Assembly (NCBI GenBank): GCA_038207335.1
Contig: JBBQZX010000020.1
Span: forward strand, 1 to 64,000
Direction of reading: 5' to 3'
Source of the DNA: Chthoniobacterales bacterium
Lineage (GTDB): Bacteria; Verrucomicrobiota; Verrucomicrobiia; Chthoniobacterales; Chthoniobacteraceae
Length of the DNA stretch: 64,000 bases
The translations under genes and the position numbers were made by a program. A model generated the notes under the pieces. The model had not been told where the DNA came from. It saw only the letters and a program-made list of their open reading frames with translations, and ran no database searches. Shown piece by piece: positions 53,301-61,700 of the stretch (position 1 is the first letter of the stretch; each line of letters opens with the position of its first letter).

Positions 53301-55371
53301 GGTCGATGCCGGAGGCTGAGCCAAATTGCCCAAAGGTGCGATTGAACGAGAAGCCAGATGTGACGGCCAACGATCCGGTGAATGCGGAGGTGTTGCCGGT
53401 GAAAGCAACGGTGCCGGGCGCGGACGTGGCGAAGTCGCCCAGCCTCGTCGAGGTCAGCGTGATCCCGCCGCTCCCAGTGACCACGCCTGAGATTACCAGA
53501 CTCGCACCCGGATCGGTTGCGGGCTGTCCACCAGCGATCGCGTCGAGCGTTACGCTCGCGCCGCTGTTGACCGCGAGATTCCCCGAGAGCGTCGTCGTCG
53601 CCGCATTCACGACATCCTGGATCGTCGTGCCCAAACCAGTGACGGTGATGTTATTCGAGTACGTGTTGCCGACGCCCGACGTCGTCGCGCCTTTCGTATC
53701 GATGACCAGCCCCGTCCCCGCACCACTGAGCGTTACGCTAGCCGAGCCGATGGGATTATTCGCGCCGCCCGCCGTGCTGCCGACCACCCCGATTGCGCCA
53801 CCCTGCACGTTGATGGTCGTCGTCGCACCGAGCGCATTCGCCGTCGCGGTCTGGCCGAAAATCAGCCGTCCCGTGCCGATCTTGTTAATGGTCATTGCGT
53901 TCCCGCTGTCGCTCACCACGCCATCGAGCGCGATGTTCGGCGCCCCGCCGAGAGTCACGCTGCCCGCGCCGCTTCCGAGAAGCGCGGTCCCAGCAAAACG
54001 CACCGTTTTTCCCGCAAGCCCGGTGACCTGCAACGTCGAACCCGACTCGATTCCCAGCACCCCGAATTGCACCTGCGTAAACGCGCTGCCATTCAAGTTC
54101 ACAGTCGAAGTTCCGCCGCCGCTGACCGTGACGTCATCGCCGATGCCCGTGCCGATCACGATTGCGTTGCTCGATGCCGCCGCGGTGTTTGATTCTGCCT
54201 GAAAAAGCACGCCGGTCGGGATGGCGCCAAATGCCGCCTGGTCCGGCCCGCGGTAACCGACCAAAAGGCCGGCGCCACCCGTGCCATTCACGTAATCGAC
54301 ACGGATATCGTGCAAGCCAGTGCTCAGGATGAAACCGGGCCCCGTGTTCACGGTGCCAACGCCTTTCGGCCCGTCGTTGTTCACCACGAGCACGCCATCG
54401 ATATAGACGCGGCTGCCATCGTCCGAGTTAGTCCCGAAGGAATAGCTGCCTGCGTTCGTAATATTGAGCTTGCCCAGCCATTGGATGCCCAAATTCACAT
54501 TGGTGCCGCCGGCGACAGTGCCCGTGTTGTTGAGCTGCGTATCGGTCCGCGTGGCGGTGAGCGCGCCGTTGCCGCCGGCCGTCTGCGTAAAATCGATGCG
54601 GCTCGTGTCGCCCAAAGCTGTGCCCGTATTGAAAACGCGCCCGGAAATTCCCGCCAAAGACGTATCCGCCGTCGGTGTCAGATCGAGCGTCGATCCCGCA
54701 GACAGCGTAATCGCGTTATTGCTCAAAGAATTAATGGGCGATGGGCCGCTCGTCACGGTGGCGGAGAGAGTGCCGGACGCGACCTGAATCCCGCCGGTAA
54801 AAGTATTCGCGCCAGTCAACACGAGCGTGCCCGCGCCGGTTTTCCGGAGGCCGTTCGTTCCAGCGACGATGCTGTCGATGTTCGCCGAGTCCCCAAGAGT
54901 CGTCACGCCGATCGTCGGCGTCGCTCCCGCGAGCGTGAGCACGTCGGTCGGGATGCTGGAGACAATGTTGTAGCCAGTAGTATTGAAAGTCAGACCATTC
55001 GCCACCACACCGGCACCCGCATTGCTGATCGTCACCGTGCCTGCACCACCTTGAAACACCGCGATCGAATTCGCAAGGTTAGGCCACGCCACATTGTCCG
55101 CGGTTACCGGGTCCGTTCCCGTGGGATCCCACGAGTGATTTGCCGCCACAGTGTCCCAAGTCCCGGACCCGCCGAAAGCGCCGTCTCCATCGAGAGTCGG
55201 GTCCCAGTAAAAAGTCGCCGCGTTAGAGGCCGCTGCCATGCCGAGGACGGCGGCGACCGTGGCGGCGGAGCCGAGCCGGGCCAGCGAATAGCTCAAAGGC
55301 CGCGGTTTGGCAGTGCGGATGCGCACGGAGTCGAGGAGGCTGGGCGTAGAAGAGGGTATCGTGGAGCGCAT
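44353..55371 (-). CDS. Giant (about 3670 aa) PEP-CTERM surface protein with PATR repeats and an N-terminal PA14 domain
   Basis: Signal peptide; PATR repeats; PA14 YSFGTNSDDGSRVYIDG near 54420; C-terminal VPEPNAFAMLLGSVGVALGLNRFRRRAV. Confidence 0.92.
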   Translation of the reverse strand: MRSTIPSSTPSLLDSVRIRTAKPRPLSYSLARLGSAATVAAVLGMAAASNAATFYWDPTLDGDGAFGGSGTWDTVAANHSWDPTGTDPVTADNVAWPNLANSIAVFQGGAGTVTISNAGAGVVANGLTFNTTGYNIVSSIPTDVLTLAGATPTIGVTTLGDSANIDSIVAGTNGLRKTGAGTLVLTGANTFTGGIQVASGTLSATVTSGPSPINSLSNNAITLSAGSTLDLTPTADTSLAGISGRVFNTGTALGDTSRIDFTQTAGGNGALTATRTDTQLNNTGTVAGGTNVNLGIQWLGKLNITNAGSYSFGTNSDDGSRVYIDGVLVVNNDGPKGVGTVNTGPGFILSTGLHDIRVDYVNGTGGAGLLVGYRGPDQAAFGAIPTGVLFQAESNTAAASSNAIVIGTGIGDDVTVSGGGTSTVNLNGSAFTQVQFGVLGIESGSTLQVTGLAGKTVRFAGTALLGSGAGSVTLGGAPNIALDGVVSDSGNAMTINKIGTGRLIFGQTATANALGATTTINVQGGAIGVVGSTAGGANNPIGSASVTLSGAGTGLVIDTKGATTSGVGNTYSNNITVTGLGTTIQDVVNAATTTLSGNLAVNSGASVTLDAIAGGQPATDPGASLVISGVVTGSGGITLTSTRLGDFATSAPGTVAFTGNTSAFTGSLAVTSGFSFNRTFGQFGSASGIDLAGGATMNYLFDGNGSGTPGSSPIVSQNLASENVVFGDNVTVSGAGTATIVANRLGTTFAPLFPAAVNKTARLGTLSIGTQTLSITNTNGYGVDFTGATTLTGASTFSVANTNISTVVPGLTLSGAVNGAFGFTKTGAGTLLLSNAANGFTGDINVTGGALAFSNDLALGAAANQVILNGAGATLRAVGTTPIVSGRTIQINSAANSFIEVAEGQSLTLSSAFGGAAAGAFTKADNGILILNAASANTGASVVNAGVVRLTNAASLGATAATIGVSGVFGAAVQLANNITVPNQIIINNSAANVATGGVNFGGQLENFSGTNSVTGVVTLNADAAIGSTSGVLNINGGINNPTATTRAIYLTGAGTINVNSSITSATATANQYFALQKYGSGTLNFTTAQPFTLATGSTQNLTFLDGTTNFSGNGSLIGTPTIAATINPNAILNLDNTSTNVADRLGVTRPVTVSGGTLNFTANAAGTATTMGVLTTNFAAKISSNQAGAGAATLTFASAAFGANSASIEFTGTNLGTANNRIIITAAPTTVPATTGILARASINSGSGLDFVSYNNTGAVANTNGIQAFATYNVANSIDAAAATDTLNVTAAPAFANGSKTINALKLTGTGINVASTGTIGNTPTTLTLTAAAILATGGLNTISAPALAFGTGELWAHVDAGATLTLSSALGGGTTGMTKADGGTLILAPVASAIAGITPSNISGTFGLNGGTLQIGSNNAYTPNQFLRVGPAATLDLNGKLQAFRGILSDTSLEATTLGQHGTITSSSGTGNLVTNLDNSARSWSGQITGTVNLLRSGENTWSVFSNNTYTGNTLLNGGTTTLRDGGRLSGSNTIDINYGVLTLDNNAGFRDESNRIKDTATVTLRGGVINLTGRAQTASSETIGSLVLAEGNSNITVAGGGTNVNSADLTFGSLVQQNSATINVNTLNGQIGSAGRLLFTTAPTLTNGILPYFVSGGNDLVTYIPGLGIAAINAAGGRGYDALAFPATFTNGSQNIKLSNATFTIPDAPTNSYELNAISWTANTAGQSINFADAADTLNLTSGLLNKSGNQLGNIGATLDSGRLTAGGNVAATGQTQNLYITMNTGGNALTVNSRIVDNTNSDRVRLVFTAYNGATLTLANNLNSYSGGTVVNGGVSFTGVLNVGSTGIIPAGGLTINRATVAQAVGGVINSANVPVLNGGATLTLSGDNTLAGVVFNNAGGSVNGNTLNTTSNGILGTLTIGASGLSATSSNVSSTSQIVGRVDFGTTAKTVAIDPIFFNGVDINPTQGTLALQGIVGSAGGINKTGLGSLTLNAQQTYTGPTNVIQGGIITNFGGVALTGPVAGSRFSAYTFAAGTTLNLINDAMIGSLAGAGTVTNSSTTDRTFGVGFDNTDTTFSGQFLRFSDARLTPFSVNKFGSGTLTLTGVSNDNNSLNVRVGGVTFAGTGRGTFGTDSIFPTGTLTLDNRNAQGGNVNNRLGGFTNVGTLNPAGGSFVAFGNETAANPTSEVIGTVTFGSGGSTVTLNADANNPLTLTVGTTFSGVQGGASALIRGTGFGSAPGNGVGTISLGALGLNAPTGAGNGANGTQTMAIRPDLIGGTTATSLGTAFITKDTVGNYLRPLDASELASTLTTATTASTNVALSANTLITGSAPGATLSSQNLAFSLTLNAGGGVSIGSSPAFGRYTGGAALVQTKIGSGGFLALAGNTGITSGQIDTSNNTAFNFHTPGAATVLTLDGYLGTTNGGLVKSDDGTVNLNTASYYTGTTTVNAGTLAITSGVNNSIQAVTTAGAPTLSALRVNAGVFELNGTSQMVGTLDSNSFATGGSVRNSAVGTPATLSTVTGAAASFGGTIDGNLNFVKSGNNELILTNPSSYSGTTTVRGNNLRIRDAGTLASTGFDINFGGLILDNSALTPLAALNPVRISASSTVNLRGGSLTLLAGGSTDTAATLNAVNVLQGHNAIVSGSTAGTTAGSTAVINIGNLVTAGSDVTATFVGGTSGFFSNLPGFGSGQVYIGSINGTPIPANITNKILGGWALANNGEFLTYIQPGTAGNTAGINYGVTTLNSNFAGIGQTSYDFNQATLPVSTPTANVRLSTAGTAAVPAAGATYNVLAVRAAVTAITFTNAADRLNLGAGGLALTNGGTVVGTTALPGVITSGGTATGTSPLYLYSAGANNTINSVIANNGTAGALTRFVAVPIANSLILANVNTYTGGTVVNGAGGTLNLNGATPSAAQILAGQAEIPAGGLTLNNALVTMTTNAGQIDPTNAVTLNGGSSLTLFGSNTLSNVTFNNIGGFAAANPTVATATALALSAPDAITVTNDNIGSVPSISGTALTFSNASPVISTTGAAPTSLSITAPITSAGASGISKQGDGSVFLSGVSTFTTGFKLDAGTLIVGVSSTGTLPAITNGPVGTGTLSIGTGTTLHSTNNFTVGNPTSVAGDFTLGGTTTIGTNQTLTLSGAMTLAAGAHTITVSSPFITDTISGAVSGGTNLTKAGPGTLTLSAANSYGGTTNVAAGVLKLGNAGAIPNTSSPTINAGAVLDINGIANVSLRGLTGTGLITNSGAAQNVYVGGLTTTDSASAFDSTFDGVITNGANAFNLVKTGVGNLTLTGANSFTGSVNLNPSATTSGGRVTITNSLALGGGNKTVTNITNVAGSLQGSLHLDGSTANGPVVLGSNISFNTSQGSLTSPAIVNDAGNNVINGNFTLNSGGGSTSIFSNGGSLTLNGTFTPNTNGRFLLLGGSAAGQINGVIADQTVPNFLSVTKSGSGKWTIANNTNTYTGPTLVSDGTLIVNGSISGSATTVSGANSVLGGSGTVKSVTVNTGGTVAPGNGPGVLTVASTFSLDSTSHLAIEINSPGVAGLTYDQVSVGGAINLGNASLDLAIGFAGGNTQDIFTIILNNSGSAVTGTFAGLANASLVVAPNGQMYTISYFDDPNTPAFETSGGNSVALLAVPEPNAFAMLLGSVGVALGLNRFRRRAV

Positions 55372-55428
55372 AATCGGGGAGTTTCTTGGGGAGGGCTGTT
55401 GAGCTCGAAAGTGAGCGCAAGTTGCTAT

Positions 55429-55481
55429 AGCGTAATCCGACAAAACGCAGCGTCGAGGGAAAAAGATTGCCGCGGTGCAAT
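55429..55481 (-). promoter_or_regulatory. Promoter of giant gene 2 with ATTGC-N6-GCAAT palindrome
   Basis: TCGACG-N16-TACGCT on the minus strand; ATTGCcgcggtGCAAT at 55466-55481. Confidence 0.6.
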
Positions 55482-55726
55482 TCTTTTACTTTACCCGAAA
55501 ACTCGAGAGACTTGAGGGGGCAGCACCCTAAATTTCGGAGAGGTCCGGTAGTGTCACAGAGCTCTCCAGCCCCGTGCAACCGCCGAGTGCCGCAAGAAAT
55601 CGTGGACAGCACCCGCGTGCAACCGAAGGTCCAGAAAAAGACGCTGGCGCGACCCGATATCCAGAGTAACCCGCCTCCGACGGCTGCGTGTCGCCCGAAT
55701 CCCGGAGCGGCTCAGGCCGAGCGCTC

Positions 55727-58700
55727 TTACGCCACGCGGCGGCGGAAGCGGTTCAGGCCGAGAGCGACGCCTACGCTGGCGAGGAGCATCGCAAAGGCGT
55801 TTGGCTCAGGGACTGCGAGGAGCGCAACGCTGTTGCCGCCACTCGTCTCGAACACCGTCGGCGTGCTCGGGTCGTCGAAGTAGCTGATTTGATACATCTG
55901 GCCATTGGGGGCGCTCACGATCCCGGCGTTTGCGAGCCCGGCGAAAGTGCCGGTCACCGCGCTGCCGCTGTTGTTCAAGATGATCGTGAAGATATCCTGC
56001 GTATTGCCTCCGGCGAATGTGCTCGCCACGTCGAGGCTTGCGCCGCCGAGCGAAATTGCGCCACCGACGGAGAGTTGGTCGTAAGTCACGCCTGCCACTC
56101 CCGGCGCGCTGATCTCGATCGCCAGATGTGATGTCGAATCCAAGCTGAATGTGCTCGCAACGGTCAACACGCCAGGGCTGTTGCCGGGTGCAACGGTGCC
56201 ACCGGTGTCTGCAGCCACACTCAAGACCGTGCCGCTACCGCCAAGAGTCGCAGTAGCACCGCTGACAGTCGCGGCACTTCCGCTGATGCTGCCATTGACG
56301 AGGAGCCTGCCATCCGTGACCGAGGTCGGGCCGGGGTAGCTGTTGGTGCCCGCGAGAATAAGCGTGCCGGGACCGGTCTTTGCGAGGCCCGTGCCATTGT
56401 TGATCGATGCCACGTTGCTCAGCGTGCCGCTGCGGAAGTTGAGATTCGTGATTGCAGTCAGACCACCAATGGCGTGGCCAGTGAGATCGAGCGTGCCGCC
56501 GTCGAGCGTCACCGAGGTCGTGGTGCGGGTCGTCGAGGCGCTCGTGATGGCGCCGGCCAGCGTGACCGTGCCGCCAGTCACCGAGAACGAATCGGACGTC
56601 GAGACGAAGGCGTTTGCGGACGTCAGATTGGCGAGTTGGATCGAGAAGGCGCCCGTCGTACCGATATTTACCGTGCCGCCGGTGATGTTGAAATTGCCAA
56701 CATCGGCAATCGCCGTCGCCGCGCTCGTCGAGCCCCCGCGAGTCCCGCTCACGGTGCCCATCGATACTCCGCCGCTGCCGACCGTTACATTCCCTCCGCC
56801 AATCTGCAGGGTGCTCGTCAGTGTCGTGCCCGCAATGCCAGGGACGTTCGTTGCCGAGCCGACCGTGTCGTTACCAACGGCCACGCTCGTCGCATCCAAG
56901 GTTCCAGCGTCAAACTTGAAGTCATAGTTCTGCGTCGCGGTGCGGCCTTGGTTGCCGATGGTCAGTGAGCTAATGAGCAGGTCGGAGGAATGCCCGGTGA
57001 AGTCGGCCAAGTTGCCCGTTACCCCGGCACCGTTGTTTACGCCGGTCACACCGCTGGAGCCGCCGACGCTGAAGGCTGCGCGACCTGTCCCCGCCGCGTT
57101 GCGGAGGACGACCGTGCCATTGCCTGCCGCGATGGTGAGCGAACCAACGTCGCGTCCGCCCGTGCCAATGTTCACGTTATTCGCATTGATCGTGGTCAAG
57201 CCGGTGCCGAGCACTGCGGAGTTGATTTGGCCAGCGCCGGCGTTGTTGCCGCCGCCATCGCCGATATTGAAGTTGTTAGCCGCCAGCGTGGTCACCGCGG
57301 TCCCGCTCGCGACCGCCGGTGTCGGCAGCAGCAGCGTGCCGGTATTGCCGACGACATTCGTGCCGGTGGTGTTGCCGACGCCGATGGTGCCGGTGGCGCT
57401 CACGTTGATGCTAGCGGAGTTCAACCCCGTCAGATCAAGCGTCGCTGCCTCAGAGAAAGCACTCGTCGTATTGCCGCCGACCCGCACCGTGCCGCCAGCC
57501 GCGGTCGCCACAATGAGATCGCCGCCTCCACCGATGTTCAGCCGACTCGTCTGATTCGCGACGGTGGCGACCGGGCCAATGGAGACGTTGCCGTTCACGG
57601 TGAGAGTCCGGTTATTGGCAACAGTGATGACATTCGCCGCCGTGCCGCTATTTAGAGCGGTGCTGACGCTCGCAAACGATTGATTGAAGCCGTTCAAGTC
57701 GAGCGTACCGACCGTGGAAAGATTCGCGCCGAGAGTTAGCGCAGTCGCCGGCAATCCGTTGTCAGCGCTGGTCTGGAGAGTGCCGGCGGCGACCACCGTC
57801 GCGCCGGTGTAAGTGCTCACCGGGAGGATCAACGTGCCGGTGCCGGTTTTGGCGAAGCCGACCGCACCAGTGACGGCCGCGCTCGTGAAGGTGCCGCCCA
57901 GAGCATTCGTCGTGTCGAGACTCAGGACCGACGTGTTGTTCGCAAAGGTCGTGTTGGCGAGCTGGGTAGCGACATCCGAATTCTGGAATTCCCCATTGCC
58001 GCCAACGTTCAGGCCGAGCGTCGCGCCCGCCGCCACCGTGAAGGCGCCCGTCGTCGGGACCGCCGACAATCTCGAAAGCACTAGGGAGCCGGCGCTCACT
58101 GCCGTGCCGCCGGTGTAGGTATTGCCGCCGCCGAGGGTGAGTAGATTCGTGCCGACCTTGGTCAGCTTGCCCGTGCCGATGAGTGGCGCGTTCAAGGTGA
58201 TCGCGCCGCCCGAACTGCCGCCGATCGAGGTGTCGCTCGCCAGCGTGATCAGGCCGGCGAAGCTCGCGTTCGTCGCGCTTCCGTTCGTCAACGCGCCGAG
58301 GCTGGCGGTGCCGGTGCCATTCAGCGTCAGCGGTTCGGCGGCGGCGTTGGTTCCGCCGTTGAGATTGATGCCCGCGCCGCTGGCGACGAATGTGCCCGCT
58401 GCGACTGAGCCGAGGGGGTTCACGCCGCCGCTGGTGCCGCCGAATGTCAACGTGCCCGCATTGACGAAGATGCGGCCTGCGAAGTTGCTGAAATTGCTCG
58501 TGCCGTTGCCGAGAGAGAGCGTGCCGACGCCAATCTTCGTAAGGTCGCCCGAGCCTTGCAGCTCCGCATTTGTGCTAGCTACGCCGGCGCCGCTGCCGTC
58601 GTCGAGCGTGAGAGTGAAGCCGCTGCCGACATCAAGGGTGCCGCCGCCTGCACCGAAGTTGAAGACGAAGCCGGTGTTAGTCGCCGAAGGACCATTGTCG

Positions 58701-61700
58701 TTGTAAGTGTTCGTGGCGCGGAAGGTGGCCCCGTTCGTGAAGTTCATCATCCGGAAGGTCGTGCCAAGCTGCCCGCCAAGCACCGTGGTCGCGGTATTCG
58801 TGAGGGAGGCGGCTAGAACGCCGCCGGTCAGGTTGATGGAACCCGTGAACGCACTGACGGCGGTGGGCGTTAGTGTCCCGGCGCCCGACTTCGTCAGCGA
58901 GCCTGCGGTGGCCGTCGAGCTGACGAGCGGCGCGCTAATGGTCAGCGAGGCACCGGTGTTGGTGTTAACGATGAACTCGTTCGCCGTGCCCGCGCCGATG
59001 ACGCCGGTGCCGCTGATCGTGTAGGCATTTGAGGTGCCGCCTGCGTAAAGCAGACCGCCCGCCGTGCCGCTGAAGGTCATCGCATTTGCGCCGAGTGCAA
59101 GCGCTTGGGCCGCGGCTGTGTCCGTAATTTTGAGCGAGTTGAATGTCGTCGCGCCAGTGAGCGTGGAGGCACCAGAGAGCGCGTAGTTCACCGTGATCGT
59201 GCCGCCGGTCGTCGGCATCGCGGTGTAGGAGCCCGCCGCGAGCGCGATGATGTTGGTGCCCGATTTCGTGGCCCAATCAGTGCCGCCGACCGTCGCGTAG
59301 CCGCCGAGGATGCCGCCTGCGCCGTTGCCGGTGGAAGTGGTCACGCCGTTCGTCGCGCTCTGCGTACCGGTCGGCAGGGTGAAATTGACCACCCCGCCCG
59401 CGTTGCGCGTGATCGCGCCGAGGTTGAGCACGAGGGGATTCGCGGTTGCATTCGCCGTGAGCGAAATAGCCGAGCCGCCGAGCGCCACGGTCGTGCTAGC
59501 GACCGTCTGGCTGTTGGTCGTGCTCGCCTTGCCCGTGAGCGCGAGCGTGCCCGCGCCGGTCGTCAGCGTTGAAGTCGCGGCGAGGATGTTCGCCGTTGGA
59601 GTCGCATTCGCGAAGTCGAGCGTGAGCGTGCCGCCGGCCAGCGTTGTCACGCCGGTGTAAGTATTCGCGCCGTTCAGGCTCCACGCGACCGGGCCCGTTT
59701 TCGTCAAGTTCGTCGCGCTGGCGCTGTTCACGATGGCGCCGGAGATGAGGCCGCTGCCCGCGCCGTAGCCAGTGAGCGTGAGCGTTTTGATGCCTGCGCC
59801 GGTCGCCGTGAAATTGCTGCTGAAGCCAAGCACTCCACTGCCCGATTGCTCAAGGATCGCACCCGCGGTCGTGCCGGCGAGATTGATCACGCGGTCGGTC
59901 GTTTCACCCGTGCCGACGTAACGCAGGGTGGAGGTGTTGCTGCCACCCACGTTGATCGTGCCGTTCCCGACCGTGGTCGGCGCGCCGAGGCTGCTGCTCG
60001 CGGAGCCGCCGGTGACTTTATTGAGCAAACTCGCGACCACCACGCCCGACTGAATGTTCGTCGCGCCGGTATAAGTGTTCGCGCCGTTCAGGATCACCGT
60101 GCCGATGCCGGCGTTGAAAAAATCGAGCGCGCTGCCGGTCCCATCGGCGATCGGGGCGTTGATCACGAGGGTCGCGCCCGCGACTGCGCCGACATCGCCA
60201 TTGTTTGGCGTGAGCAGCAACGAACCACCGGTGCTCGCATTGACCTCGCCATACACGCCGCCGGTCACTTGGAGCAAAACACCGCCGTCCACACCGAGCG
60301 TCGTCGCGACGTTTTGCACGTCCACCGCGCCGTTGTTGCTAAATTGCAGCCGGGGAATGTTTCCGCCCGTGATGTTGATCTTGCCGTTCGCGGCCTGCAC
60401 GATCGTCCCAGTCCCCGTGAGCGGCGCAGCGAAAGTGTAGGCGCGGTCGCCGCGATTGAGCGTCAGCGTGCCGTTGACGGCCAGCGTGCCGGTGCCGATC
60501 GAGCCAGTCAGGCCACCAGCGCCGATCTGCAGCGTGCCGCCCGCGACCGTGATGTTGCTGCTGACGAGTGCGTTGTCCGCCGCGAGCACCAGCGTGCCGG
60601 AGTTCACCGTCGTCGTGCCGGTCAAATCATTTGTGTTGGCGAGGACGACCGTGCCGACATTTTGCACCACGAGGTCGTTTGCGCCAGTGAGCGCGTTCGC
60701 GTTCGGAAGCGTCAGCGTGCCGCCGCCACCGCCGAGGCGGTAGGTCGTGCCGTTTGGCGTGAGCGTGCCCGTGTAGCTAGCCGCGCCGGTCGCGCCGAGG
60801 CTGGCCGCAGTGAAGTTCGCGCCCGCGGCGCTGAAATCGAGGTTGTTCGAGCTGTTCACCCCGCCTAGCGCCACCGCGCCGACCGACGTGTTCACGATGC
60901 GCCCGAGAAACGCCTGATCGATCGCGTAGCCCGCCGCCGCCGCGCCGTTCGCGTTCACGGTCACGTTTGCGCCTGCGCCGGCGATGGCGGCCGAGGAGCT
61001 ATAACGCACGTTGGCATTCGTGATTCCCGTCACTCCGGCAAAGCTGTTCGTACCGGAGAGGGTCAAGGTTCCCTGCGTCGTCGAACTGCCAGAGTTCACC
61101 GTCAGGCCTCCCGGACCCGACACGTCACCGTTAATCGTGAAACTATTCGCGGTCGTCACCGTCTGGAAAAAGCGCAACCCAGCGACCGCGTCTCCCGCGA
61201 GGGTGATCGGGCCGGAGTAAATTCCGTTAGCCCCGCTGTTCGCGCTGATGGTGGTGCCGGTATTGAGCGTGATCGCGTTGCCAACGTTGACGTTCGAATT
61301 CACCACTTCGCCAGTGCCGCTGACGGTGACCACGCCATCGCCGGCCGCCGTCGCATTTTGCAGCTCGAGGTAACCCGCGCTGACGTTCCAATTGGAATGC
61401 AGGTTCGGCTGCGCCCCGTTGATCTGAAAGTCGCCGGCCCCGATCTTACTAATCGTTGTCCCGACTGCTCCCGTCAGCAGATTCGCCCCCGCGAGCACCT
61501 TGCTGGCGGTCGGGCCGGTCGTGGTGTTGACGGTGCTGTCCGCAGCGAAAGTCAGGCCACCCGCGCCCAGAGTGAGCTGGAAACCCGTGGATGTGAGCGT
61601 GCCGCCGCTCAGCGTGATCGCATTGGCCACCGTCACCGCCGCCGTCGTCTCGAGCGTGCCGCCGGTCGGGATGCTCACCGGACCGGTCCCGAGCCCGCTG

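Noticed and set aside
44301..55559. GTGTCACAG and CCCTAA..T.CGGA words in both spacers between giant genes (44307-44347, 55526-55559)
   Set aside because: Short, in opposite order and at different distances from the start codons; may be chance
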